Source: Okamejei kenojei (Eukaryota). From it: 64,000 nucleotides of DNA. The stretch is from NCBI GenBank assembly GCA_035221665.1, contig CM069141.1, forward strand, positions 28,396,001-28,460,000, read 5' to 3'. Under the pieces are notes generated by a model that saw only the letters and a program-made list of their open reading frames with translations, was not told the DNA's origin and ran no database searches. This document shows positions 39,405 through 52,290 of the stretch, piece after piece. Each line of letters begins with the position of its first letter. Positions within the stretch are counted from its first letter, which is position 1. The translations under genes and the position numbers were made by a program.

Positions 39405-40730
39405 GGATCAGGGATGGCATGTTACTATTGTGGGCTCTAAAGTGGCTAATGAAGCGTATGTGGGAACCACAAACTCTTCCAAAGTTGGGTCAGCAGATAG
39501 CTAAAGGGCAGGTAGTTCAATTATTTGGGTAGTGTGCTCTTTTTCTATTCTGTAGCTTGATGACTAAACTGGGGTGACCTTATATCTAGAATGGGGATAA
39601 CATATGATTATTGAATCATGGTGTCATAAAGCACAGAAACGGGCTCTTTAGCCCAACATCCATGACAACCAAGAAGCCCCATCAAAGCTAGTTCCATTTG
39701 CCCATGTTTGGCCTATAAATCTTTCTAATTCATGTATCTGTCTAAATATTATTATTATACCTGTATCAAAAAAATTCTTGGGCAGCTTGTTCCATATATC
39801 CATTGCTATCTGTGTGAAAAAAGTTGTTCCTTAAAGGCATCTTTTCCATAGCAGGGTGACCAAAACTGAATACAATACCCACCAGAATGTCACAAAACAT
39901 CCAAACTTCTATACTAAACTATTCAATATGGTTTTAATCATTTCTTATGTATCATGAGAAAGATTCGAAAATCTGTCTGGGTAATGACGCATCGTGAGTT
40001 GGCAATAGACTGCGGCATAATTGGATCTGTTGTGGATTTGTTGGTTAGGTTTGCATGCTAGCATGAATCTAATGAAAGATACAAATTAATTTCTGTGGGC
40101 AAACAAAGCTATGTTGAGCAGCTCTCCAGCCTCTAGGAAAGCATAATTGAGCAGGAGCCTGATGATGACTCGCTGCGACAGACCTCAGGGAATTTACTTT
40201 ACAATTACCACAATTCGATCTGCCTACTGTCTTGCAGATGGAGCCTTGTTGCTAGCCAATGGTTATTTTGGCTTCTGTACAATCGGCATTATAGTGAGAT
40301 TGGACTGGATCATTTATTATGGGATGGGGTCAAAGGTGCTCATCTCAAAAGTAGTCACAGCTGAGGAGTTTTTTCAAGTGTTTCTTCCAACAAGCATTGA
40401 CAGCCTTTTTGTCTTTGAAAAGCCCATCTCCTTTCTTGGCTCTCTTGGGGGATATGGGTGGGGTGGCTTCGGTGTGAAGCCTTGATACCACTAATGAATC
40501 CATGCACATTATTGGAGAGCTGGTGGACCTCATGTGCTCCCTTCGTCCATCACTGGTTCTTCAGGTCGTGGGTTTTCTGTTTATCTCTGGGTTTAGGTGC
40601 TTTAGAGATGTTTCTTTTCCCTGCGGCTTGGTGGAGGTTTCATCCAAGTATTAAAAGGCTGGAATGATATCCATATCACGTGTGCCATGTACTGATAACT
40701 ATTGGACTACCTCCTAATTCAGTTTGTATT
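39405..40730 (-). mobile_element. Degraded RTE-clade LINE (interrupted by CR1 at 39612-39912)
   Basis: RAKKGDGLFKDKKAVNACWKKHLKKLL matches the RTE EN-RT linker; RTE-like 3' end at 39405-39560. Confidence 0.7.
39612..39912 (-). mobile_element. CR1 3' fragment with internal deletion
   Basis: CACAGAAACGGGCTCTTTAGCCCAAC tail; GGTGACCAAAACTGAATACAATAC (EYC.QFWSP). Confidence 0.7.
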
Positions 40731-40789
40731 CTCCATGAATGTGGCACCAAAATACTAGCAGAGGGCTCTGGTGAGAAAATTCCATTTCT

Positions 40790-41103
40790 GACCTTTCACC
40801 ATAGCAAAGATATTTAAAATCAGAGAGCATAGATTGATGCTAAAGGATAAGAGGTTTAGAAAGGATCTGAGTAAGAACTTTATTCACCTAGAGGGTGGTT
40901 GGAGTATGGGCCACATTGCCTGAAGGGGTGATGCAACCGGGTATTCTCACAAAATGCATATATCTCTACACTTGAATTCCTAAGGTTTTGGAACACTGTG
41001 GGCCAAGTGTTAGAAAGTGGGATTTCATCAAGAAGGTTACTTGATGGTTAACATGGGCATGATGAGCCAAAGAGCCTTGTTCTGTGCTGGGTGACTCTGT
41101 GAT
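40790..41103 (+). mobile_element. Old CR1 3' end
   Basis: AAGAACTTTATTCACCTAGAGGGTGGTTGG...GAGCCAAAGAGCCTTGTTCTGTGCTG tail. Confidence 0.75.
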
Positions 41104-42834
41104 TCAACGTTGCAGATGAGCTACACTCATCAAAACCGACAGCTCCCATTCGACTTGTGCCATAGTGTCCACAGCATCCAAATGCCCTGAGGATCACCAT
41201 AACTAATCCCATAAAGACAATTTTGGCTTCGCTGCCAGACGGCACCAGAGCTGGTTTGATAAAATGCTAAGATGATCCAGAAGCTATATGACCACAAATG
41301 CAAGGCATTCTTGAATTTGAAGCTCCACCACATACTGTTATTATCGCAACAATGGCGTGACATATCCCAGCCCGCTTTTTACAGACAGGATACACATTTG
41401 AACTGTGGGAAAGCAGAAAAGATGTCTGGAATGGGAGACGGGAATTAGAATAACATGAACTCTTGAGCAGTTGAAGAGTAAAGCATTTCCTTTAATGGTG
41501 TTGAAATTTAGTACTATGTCTGGGTTTATACACGAAAAGGGGTTTGGCTTCACTGACAGTTGCTGTTTTTTTTCACTGCAGAAGCTTCATAAATCCTTAG
41601 TCCCACAAACCTTAACAAACACCCAAGATAAATTACATTGCCTTTGCATTTTCTTTGTCTTTCAAAAGTTCAAAACAAATTAACTGCCTTTGCCTTGATT
41701 TTCATTCAGTCATTTTTTTGCAATTGAAGAAATACATGTCAGCAAACGTTTTTCTAGAAAGAAATGCCTGATCCAAATTATTTTACATTCTGCGTATTTA
41801 GAATATACATTGGTTATGACCTGTAGAGGAAAGAATCACTCTTTTGCCCCCTGGTTTAGCTCACAAGGGCATAACTAGCAACTTATATTTATTTTGCAAA
41901 TGGAAAAATATGAAAAGATGTATTTTTTATAGTGTGATATTGAAATGCTGCATTCAGATAAGGGAAGAGAAAGTCTATTAGAAAAGGCCACTTCAACTGG
42001 CATGCTATTATTTCCTACAACATACAGGGATTTATTATAGAGATATATAATAAAACCAAAACTATCTTACCTTTGTTTTCTTAATACTTGTACGAACAGC
42101 ATGACATCTACTTCATATTGGAAACCATTCATTGCCTTTCCTCGCTTGAATCTCAAGTGCAAGTAGGAACACATATAATGCTTTTACAAATTGTAGCATA
42201 ACTACAGTGGCTTTTGTGCATAATCATGTAAGTACTGACACATATACAATAATATGCAACTTTTCCTACTAGATTGATACCACTCTAGCAACCTATTTTC
42301 CTCCTTGCCATGATGCACCCTGCAAGATTTTTGTTTCCTTTGAAGCTAAAATTCACCTTTAGTTTACGCTCCAAACAAAATATATCTGTCATATTAATAA
42401 TATGATTTTCCTCTCCTCTTCTCCCCTGGGATTGAGAATGAATTGCATTCACCCAAGCTGAGGAATTCTGATGGTATACTTCAATTCTGATAATATTGCT
42501 CGTTGTTACACATCAGTTACCAAGCAATTTTGAGAAGCTGAGTTCTTGGTCCATTAGGAAGGAAATCTAAGATGATAGGAGGCCAAGTTCTGTTGCACAG
42601 CGCGCACACACACACACTTGGGGGATACATGGATACTTTCCCCTGTTCTTTGCCTCTGCACCCATCACTTTAAACACTTCCCCCCGCCCTGTCCACCATC
42701 TTCTCCATTAGTCGCCCCTCCTCCATCTGTCCACACTGTACATTAAAAGATAATCTAAGTTGGCCGAATAATGGACCAAAGTTTTAATTGGCTTCAATCA
42801 TGTCCTTGTGTAGTTAATGTTTGTAGTTGATTGA

Positions 42835-43150
42835 TTGAAAGACACAGCATGGAAACACCCCTTTCAGTTCGCCAATTCCATGCTGACCATTAATCAACCA
42901 TTCACACTTGTTCTAAGTTATCCCACTTTCTCATCTATTCCCAACACATTGAAAGCAATTCTACAGAGGCCAATTAACCTACAAGCCCACACGTCTTTGG
43001 GATGTGGAAGGAATCCGGAGCACCCGGAGGAAAACGTAGTTGTAGGGAGAACTTGCAAACTCCACACAGACAACACCCGAGATCAGGATCGCACCCAGGT
43101 CTCTGGTGATGTGAGCCGGTGGTTCAACCAGTTGTGCCACTGTGCCGCAC
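42835..43150 (-). mobile_element. HE1/V-type SINE, full length
   Basis: Homologous to 17606-17897; a 55-bp piece of the same family lies at about 44235-44290. Confidence 0.85.
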
Positions 43151-45599
43151 TTGCAGGTTCTCAGCCAAATTAAACACCATCCTATAGGTAACCAAATTTC
43201 CTTCAAGGAGCTGAGGATCACTGACAAGGCCTATGGTTCCTGAGAACGTGGCGGTAGCCCTCCTTTCAATGATGCAGTCACATTCAAGAGACTCCCAAAG
43301 AAATTCAAGAATTTATACCCAGTTACCTGGCTTATCTTATTCTGCATGATCAAATAATTCAAAGTTGTCTGGAAAGATAACATCAAAGTGGCAGAATAAA
43401 TGGACCTGCCAGTAAATTACTCATCGACATCTTTATAGTATGACAGATATACCATCACTGAAAATAAACAAGGGATCACTTTAACTGCAATGTGATTCCA
43501 ACACACAAGTTCCATGAAACACAATTCATAATGAAAACTTCTGAATATCATCCTATATTTGTACAGTATTCAATGGGCAAGTCATAATACAGGAAAAGGA
43601 CAGCAGTTGGCCTGTTTTCAGGTTTAGGTGAGATACAGTCACCAAATCTATCAAACTATTCTGGCTGTTGTCATACAAATGCTATTCACTACGTCCACAT
43701 TACTTTTTACTTGCGGATATTTTAAGATGGGAAAATATTTAATATTTGCTGAATGCAACACCGTTGGAAGAATTTGACATGTTTAAATAACAAGACTTTG
43801 CAAGATATTTTAATACTAGAAATAACTGATGGTAGCAAAAGAAGGAAATTATATAAATTTTAGATTAAAATAATCTACCGGAATGACTTGTGTTGGTTTT
43901 TAATTCGGTCTCATCAGAATAACAAAAGGAGAATTAGATAAGAAAAGTAATGACAAAAGATATTAAGCATAGTCTGGGCTGTTAATTTTTTCCCCAAAAC
44001 ATTGTGTGTGGAATAGGAGTTAGGAATTTTTAGACAAGTTTGTATCAACTAGATCACACTATTAAAAGGTCAGATTGTACATTGTTTTTTGGGCTTGAGG
44101 TTGAAGGGTTGACCTGAATATACAATATCCACAATGGCCAAAGACACTTAGCCCCCCCCCCCCCCCCCCATTGTTTCCTTTCTAATTGAAAGAATATGAT
44201 TTGTAATCATTGGAGGCAATTCTGCAGAGACCAATTAACCTACAAGCCCACACGTCTTTGGGATGTGGGAGGAATCCAGAGCACCCGGAAATATGACCAA
44301 CATATTCTAGTGCAAGTAAGGTGACCTTGAATCACATAACTTCCATGTGAATGACGTGCCTACACAAAAATGCCTCCAAACATGCAATTGTGGCAGCAAT
44401 TGATGTGGAACCCACAATTAACACTACAGGTGCAACAATGGAACCTTGAAAATGTAACTGGAAAATATCTTGGGTTTTGAGCACGAAAACAGATCAGAAC
44501 AGAAGAAAAGAGGTTGGCTTGAGAGCTTAACTGCACCATTGATGTGATGCTCATGACAGAAGAAATAATGGAACTAGATTGTTTATCGAATGGCAGCTTA
44601 GACCCTTGGTTTATTTTTGATGGGTGTCCGTCTCTGAGATCTAACCAAGGTAAGAGTGGCAAAGTCATATCATTCCCACTGCCATATCATTCCTGATACA
44701 CTTCACTATTTTCAGCTGTGGATTAATTAAATTGATTGCTTAGTCAAAACCTACAATATCTAACCACTAAATAATTTAATGGTAATTATGTATATAGTCT
44801 GTCTTTAACAAGTTCAAAGATTTGGCTTGGTCAATAAAAGGTCCCCTTTCTCTATCACTCTAAATTAAATCAAACTGGTTTATAACTACATTAATAAATT
44901 ATATATATTATCCACTGACACAAATGTTTAAAGAGCAATCACACAAGACTTCTAAAATAGCTTCAACTTATTTTGGATAAAATCTTCTGTTTATTATCGG
45001 TCATTTTACCACGTAGGGTTGAGCTTCAGTATGTATGTGTCTAATAACTAATATTTTCACTATTAAGTTTAGAAGTGTAATGAACCAGTAACCCATAAAA
45101 TGGTTCATATTCCTATTCAAATTTCATTGGAATGCTGGTTAATCTCACAATTGCCAAGTTACCAGTGACCTAATAGTCCAAAGAACAAGCTTTACACCTT
45201 CCTAAAAAGCAGCAGTACTCCTTCAACATTCGTTAAGTGCTCACATAGAATCTTGAGACATACGAGAATACAGATACCTGGAAAGTTAATTCTTAAGGAG
45301 ATCAATTTATAACCACTGAATGATTGGAGATTGTCTCATACCGAAGAAACAGATTAGAAATGACACTCTAGAAGCACATGGAACAAGTTTTGTTTTGGAC
45401 AATCTAATTTCTCATCAGTTTCAAAAGTTGTTAGCTTCATTCTTGCTATTGCATTAGGCTTGACATACAGGACCTCATCTTTATTCTCAGCACAATTAGG
45501 ATTCAACAACTTCAGTTAATTAATCTACTGCTGTCATTTACATCTTCCCTCGAACAATATTGTGTTTCTTTTACTTGTTCCAAGACAGTTTATTTTGCC

Positions 45600-45825
45600 T
45601 TGTGTCATTATCACGTTTGCATTTAATCTCTTTTCTAACCCACATCTGACCCTTTGTTCTCTCACCCCGTCAACCCTCTTCGGCCTTTCCCTGCAACGTC
45701 AAGACTTGTTTATCCCAAACTTTTCTCCGTTCTGATGAAAGGTCATTAACCTAAACTGTTAATTCTGCTTCTCATTCCACTAAAGCTGCTTGACCTGTGA
45801 ATATTTGCAGCATATTTTGCTTTCT
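45600..45825 (+). mobile_element. Old Penelope pLTR with degraded hammerhead (CTGATGA..)
   Basis: TTCTGATGAAAGGTCATTAACCTAAAC...GCTGCTTGACCTG...CAGCATATTTTG. Confidence 0.6.
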
Positions 45826-45859
45826 TGACATGAGAAACTAAGCTCATTTTCCTTGAAAC

Positions 45860-47455
45860 AGGAAATATTAAGCGTGGTTTTAAAAAAGTTGTTTAAAATC
45901 GAGAAGGTTTTGATAGAGCAAGGACAAAGAATCAATAATCAAACAACACAGATTTAATACCATTGGCAAAAGGAACAGAGACAGTCAGAGGAAAAATAAT
46001 TATACAGCAAGTTGTTATGATCTGGAAATACTGTTTGGAAGGTTGATAAAGCAGATGTAATACTTGTGTAAGGGAAATAGATCAGCGATTGAAAAGGAAC
46101 TATTTGCTGAATTATACTGATAGAAGCAAGGGATTGGGATTAAGTGGCAATTCATTCAAGGAGATAGCATCAAAATGATCAAGTGAATGGCCTCTTATGC
46201 TGAATGAGTTGAGAATGACCAAACTCTTCTTCCTTACTAAAACATATGCTTTCCATGATTTATATTGAATTTAATCCACTGTGGCTATATATTCTTTTCA
46301 GAATAATGAATACAAAATACATTATTTAATGTAAAATAGATTACTTATTCAATTCAGGAATCAAACAATGAAACCCAGCTTAAACAATAAATAATATAAT
46401 TCTTCTGGAATCTCAAAGAGTGAGGACTTAATAAAAGTGCTGCTATTTACTGGATGTACATTAATACCAAAAAGGTAATGCAGATAAATTAATTTAGGTG
46501 ATAAACAACACATTTAGAGTACAATAAATAAAAAGTCTTGCTATAATATATGGAGTTTTGTCAAGACCTCAATTGGAGTAACTGCCTGTAGGTTTGATCT
46601 TACCCAAGTGAAATAACTGACTGAAATAATAAAAGTTTGCTAGATTGATTCCTGGAATTAGAGGTTTATGTATGGGAGAGATCAAGAATAATATATTTTT
46701 TAAATTATCTTAAGCTAAAAAAGAGAAATATTGCACATTGAAATATATAACATTCTTAAGGAGTTTAACAAGGAAGATGCTGAGAAGCTATTTCCCTAAA
46801 ATGGACATTCTAAAATTTGGACTCAAAGAGATTTAGAGTTGCTTCTCAGTTCCCCGTGATATACTCGAATACAAGTGCAGTTACTTCCATGGAAGGAAAT
46901 TTCAATTTCAAAAATGTCATTTCACGCCGTCATTTCTGCATTGCACATTTAAAACATGCAAACTTGTATATCACGGTTTTTAAGCCAAGGGCGTGGTCAG
47001 TTAAGAATGATATGAGAAAATGTCCATTTACTCACAGGGTTGTGCAAGCAGTGTTCATTGGATCTTTGACTACAGCTTGCAGTCATATAATAGAGGATGT
47101 AATGGAGATAGAGCTATTAAAAGACAGGCTTTATAACCTAAAGCAAAACTCTGAACTAAAGCAGTATCAGATACTTGACTCTTGCTCAAGGTAAACTTAA
47201 ACCAACACATTCTACAGTGGACTTTTAAATTCCTCTTCCCCAGAATATTTGAGTATATTCACAACAGATTTACAATATTCAAACTTGTATACCACAGTTT
47301 TTAAGCCAAGGTCTTGCCAATTAGGAAAGATATAGAATGTTTGTATATTCACAGATATCGATTTTTATGATAAATGCATTGTGCGAAATGGGATAGGGTG
47401 GGAATTGATACATTCAAGATCTCATTAAATGGCAATGTCTTATCTCTTTATGTCA
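45860..47455 (+). mobile_element. Two old degraded CR1 3' regions (45860-46210, 46440-47455)
   Basis: GTCAAGACCTCAATTGGAGTA (VRPQLE), TAGATTGATTCCTGGAAT (RLIPG), TTTACTCACAGGGTTGTG (FTHRVV), GAATGGCCTCTTATGCTG tail. Confidence 0.65.
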
Positions 47456-49064
47456 TGAGAATCTGGTTCTTTCTATTTAGCTAGGAACATGGAAAACATT
47501 GCTTCTTAAGGGTCGATAACTTAGCCTGAACCATCTGGTCAACAAACTAGCTGACTCCTGGGAGAAATGCTAAATCTCACATGGGAAAATTGGTGCTTTG
47601 CTCCTGCATGTCAAAAAAAGATCATGACCCAGGAGTGTGGGAATGGAAGGAAAAAAAAACTGCAGCACATCAGTAACTTATACAGGACATGAAAGCAGAA
47701 AACATAGACTTTAAAAAGAAGAGCTGTAGCTAAGGCTCGCGTGGTTACTGTATTAAATGTGATTGATATCAATTTATTGCTGGATTGTTGAGAAATATAG
47801 GTTTGGTCTGAAATACACACTGGCATCATATCATTTTCTGGATAATCATTTAATGTCTTTATATAATCAATATTTAACATCAACCGCATTTCACAAAGTT
47901 ACAATGAATGAACTAAATGGATTCAGCTTTATTCCTGTCACTCCCAAATGTTGACTTAATTTGATTTTGCAGTGACAAAAATATTCGGTTGATAAAGCCG
48001 ATTCAATTAGCCTGGCAAACTGGCAGATTAGATATGCACTTTTCTTAATTTCACTGGGGGTTGACATTTAACCATTTCCCATTTTTTTCTCCCCCACAAA
48101 GGTGTGACCACCCACGACTGTGCACTAATGGGCAAGGAACCAGAACATCCTCAGTGGGCAGCCAACACAAGCACAAAGGGGAGAGGCCATCGACAGTGAG
48201 ACACTGGGAAAGAGAGTCTGGCTAGAAGCTAATTTCATTATTTCCACAATTTGCTTTTGTTATTTACATTTGAACAGGAAGTAAAGTTTTGAAAATAATA
48301 TAATACAGGCCAGATTGCATCGAGTGAATCATACATGTTGCCTCAAGGTTTTCTTCATTTGCTCATTTTACTGAAAGGAGAATCGTGTAGATAACAACAT
48401 GTTGCTTTCAAATATTCCTCAGTTCACAAAATGTGAGAGAAACAAAGTAATTTTCTACAGCATATTATAACAAAGCCAACTCATATACAATTATCACATG
48501 AACAAGGGAAATTATGTCCGCTTCAATGATAGTAGTGTTTTAAATACACGCATGCTCATTAAAATCAGATTTTAGCAGAATTTATTTGATTTGAATGGGT
48601 TGATAAATCACCCATTTAACTGTATAGGTTATTTTGGAAACTAAATGGCCTGAAAACTTTCTACCTGAAGTAAAATGTACAATTTACAGACAGCTTCTCT
48701 GAAAGGTATGAGTGGAAGCAAGACATTTCTTTGTGTGGCTCAAAGAAGTACTGTTCCTACTTCTATAGAAAAGGATAAAAATAAAAGTTTAATGAGCCAG
48801 TTTATACTGATAACTAACAGTTTTGTGGAGAAGCTTTGGCCAGTGATACAACACATTCTAGACACTGGTGTCTGCACATTGCTACATGGAGGTCAGATGC
48901 TGACCATCCAAACTTATCACTGGCCTCCTCATTTAGTTCAGAGGATGATCTGGATTGCATTGAGCTGAGGTGTCAGAAACATATCATAGTTTTGTTTCTC
49001 AGCTTTATGTTGACCATTGTAACCCATCCCCTTTTAACTTAATGGCATCACTGATATGAATGGT

Positions 49065-49155
49065 TTAGTCTAGTTTAATTTATTTTAGTTTAGTTTAGTT
49101 TATTGTCACCTGTACCAAGGTACAGTGAAAAGCTTTTGTTGCCCGATAACCAGAC
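49065..49155 (-). mobile_element. Rex/Babar LINE tail
   Basis: (CTAAA)n, AATAAA, TCAC-TGTACC-TT-GGTACA-G-GTGA stem-loop. Confidence 0.75.
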
Positions 49156-49386
49156 TGGACTCCAGAATGTTCTTAATAATTTAACTTTAACATTTACATC
49201 AAACACATTTATCTAAATATTTAATCTTACTGCAATCATTTTAACGTTACTAATTGTTTAAAAATAGATGGAAAGGCCTCTGCCCACCAGAAGCCATCAA
49301 GCTTGGCTAGGTAGGCCATAGGTTTTGTCACCCGATGCCCAAGTAACACCCACTTGGAGGTTTGGCCTTGACTGCAAGTTCATAAG

Positions 49387-50808
49387 GTAGACAAAAGTGC
49401 TGGAGAAACTCAGCGGGTGTGGCAGCATCTATGGAGCGAAGGAAATAGGCAACGTTTCGGGCCGAAACCCTTCTTTAGACTGATGTAGGGTTGGGGGGGG
49501 TGGAGGAGCGGGAAAAAGAAAGCAAGAGGAGGAGCCAGAGGGCTGAGGGAGAAGTGAGGGAAGGAGACAGTGAGGGCTACCTGAAATTGGAGAAGTCAAT
49601 GTTCATGCCGCTGGGGTATAACCAATCCCCATCTACAGACACACTCCACCGCCTAGTGGAGCTGGTCCTTACCCTTAATAACTTTTCGTTTGACTCCTCC
49701 CATTTCCTCCAAATACAAGGCGTAGCTATGGGCACGTGCATGGGCTCTAGCCATGCCTGCCTCTTTGTAGGGTACGTTGAACAATCCTTGTTCGAGACGT
49801 ACCAGGGCCCCATCCCCGACTTCTACCTCCGCTACATCGACAACTGCATTGGTGCTACCTCCTGCACCAACACACAACTCGCTGACTTCATCCATTTCAC
49901 CACCAACTTCCATCCGGCACTCAAATACACCTGGACCATTTCCGACACTTCCCTACCATTTCTTGACCTCACTATCTCCATCGCAGGTGATAGGCTTCTG
50001 ACCAACATCCACTATAAACCCACTGACTCCAATGGCTATCTAGACTACTCTTCTTCCCACCCTGCTTCCAGTAAGGACTCTATCCCCTACTCCCAAATCC
50101 TCCATCTACGCCGCATCTGCTCCCAGGATGAGGTGTTCGACACCAGGGCGTCGGAGATGTCCTCAGTCTTCAGGGAACGGGGGTTCCCCTCCCCTGCTAT
50201 GGATGAGGCTCTCACCAGGGTTTCTTCCATACCCCATAACACTGCTCTCCGATCCCCATCCCCGCACTCATAACCAGGGCAGAATCCCCCTTGTCCTCAC
50301 CTTCCACCTTACTAGCCGTCACATACAACAAATAATCCTCCATCATTTTGCCACCTCCAACGTGACCCCACCATTTGCCACATCTTCTCCTCCCCTGTCT
50401 GCTTTCCGCAAAGACCGCTCCCTCCGTTACTCCCTGGTCAATTCGTCCCTTCACACCCATACCACCGCCTCCCCGGGCACTTTCCCTTGCAACCGCAAGT
50501 AATGCTACACTTGTTGCTTTACCTCACCCCTTGACTCCATTCAAGGACCCAAGCAGTCTTTCCAGGTGCGACAGAAGTTCGCCTGCATCTCCTCCAACCT
50601 CCATCTATTGCATCCGCTGCTCTAGATGTCAGCTGATCTACATCGGTGAGACCAAGCTCGATCCACAACAACCAACCTGATCTCCCGGTGGCTCAGCACT
50701 TCAACTCCCCCTCCCATTCCGAATCCGACCTTTCTGTCCAGGGCCTCCTCCATGGCCATAGTGAGGACCACCGGAAATTGGAGGAGCAGCACCTCATATT
50801 TTGTCTAC
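49387..50808 (+). mobile_element. Penelope-like retroelement, RT and GIY-YIG pseudogene with inverted upstream pLTR
   Basis: LTLNNFSF..QIQGVAMG..YLRYIDN (YIDD mutated), LPFLD, HYKPTDS; IYCIRCSRCQLIYIGETK; stop and frameshifts; 49387-49620 inverted; ends GTAGACAAAA / TTTTGTCTAC. Confidence 0.93.
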
Positions 50809-51336
50809 TCCAGGCAGAGGAGATGCAAAGTAAACTTTTGTCATGGACCAGAACAAGCATAATCAAGCCCACTCACTGTCACCATCCAGTCATAGCTCGC
50901 AATAGATACTGCAAAGAGTTCCATGTATTATTTTTAGAAACCCAACATACAAGTGTGGAAAATCCATTAAATCCAATGCAGGTAGGTGTCCTGGGTAATT
51001 TACTTGACCACATACCTATTTTGTTTTGGATCAGAGAGGCAAAAATTATTCCTTCAGTTAGTATATCAATGTTTCTAATTACTGACATAAATCTGTATCT
51101 TCACGTTAATTAAACCTGAAGGAGAAACCAGCATGGATGATTACTGTATAGGGATTACCAGGCTCTAGTATATCTAATTCAACTTGAAGCACAAAGTGCA
51201 TTCTCTCAATAGTTTATCTTTAAAATTGTCCTCCCCTCAACTGATCCATGCTTCAACTCATCAACTAAGGCCTAATTCTCCCCATTGCGGGTTCCCAGAA
51301 TGAACAATCAAGATTGAGGCCTGACATGTGAATCAG

Positions 51337-51399
51337 CCAGAGGTGCAGTGCTGCATCTCTGGTCAGTTGTGAGTCTGAGATGAAGCACTGTAGCTCTGG
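51337..51399 (+). ncRNA. mir143: pre-miR-143 hairpin
   Basis: 3p arm TGAGATGAAGCACTGTAGCTC (51376-51396) and 5p arm GGTGCAGTGCTGCATCTCTGGT (51342-51363) match vertebrate miR-143 as I recall it; basal stem CCAGAG/CTCTGG; CNNC (CAGC) at 51413. Confidence 0.98.
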
Positions 51400-52030
51400 A
51401 GGATGGATACTGCAGCAAAGGCCTTGAAAGAAGAGTGTGGCACCACCGCACAGCATGGACGTAATACCATCTGTAAACTCTTTGTTGCTTCAATGAAGTA
51501 CACTTGATATTGTTGGTGAGTTTTCTATTTTTGCAAAGAAATTTGATGCAAATACCAATGATATATTTATTATTGAATAGTATTTCAAAAAGTATATTTA
51601 AAATTTTAACGTTTTCAAAGTTTTCAGTTGAATTTTACATTCTAAAAATATAATCGCAGAAATAGTGGCAATAAGTGCAAATCTTTCATGAAAATTGCAT
51701 ATTGCTTTGATTTCAAGCTTATAAAAGTTCTACGAGCTGGATTTTAGATAGATATTTGCTAAGAGATGCTGCATTTCTCCTTACGAACAAACTTGTTAAA
51801 ATATGTCCAAACAGTCGGACTTCATTAGTACAAACCCATGGGAACATACAAAATGTTCCTTATCAGAAGGTCATCTTCTCATGATTCGAGCTCTTTTCCT
51901 GTCCATAATTGAGCTTTTGCTGAGACCAGGGAAAATATTTGTAACAAGAAATTTGCTTGAAGATTAAAAGAACAACATCACATTATGCACTGTATTTACT
52001 GGTTGTTCAGTGAAAAGTGTATCAGTGCAA

Positions 52031-52290
52031 ACAGAAGTTTAGGGGTAACGTGAGGGGGAACTTCTTTACTCAGTGTGCTGTGTGGAATGAGCTTCCAGCA
52101 GAAGTGGTGGAGGCAGGATCGATTTTAACATTTAAAAGTAAAGTGGATAGGTATATGGACGTGAAGGGAATGGAGGGGTATGGTCTGAGTGCAGGTAGAT
52201 GGGACTAGAGGAAAACAAATGATCGGCACGGACTGGAAGGGCCGAGAGGGCCTGTTTCCGTGCTGTAATTGTTATATGGTTATATGGTTA
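52031..52290 (+). mobile_element. Young CR1 3' end between miR-143 and miR-145
   Basis: Near-identical to 3583-3840; (TATATGGT)n tail. Confidence 0.95.

Noticed and set aside
42071-42180. - strand open frame ending at a strong donor (..MLFVQVLRKQ/gtaag)
   Set aside because: No recognisable homology and no downstream exon found
49491-50273. 260-aa ORF as an active reverse transcriptase
   Set aside because: First ~43 aa come from the inverted segment, catalytic YIDD is YIDN, and downstream frames are broken
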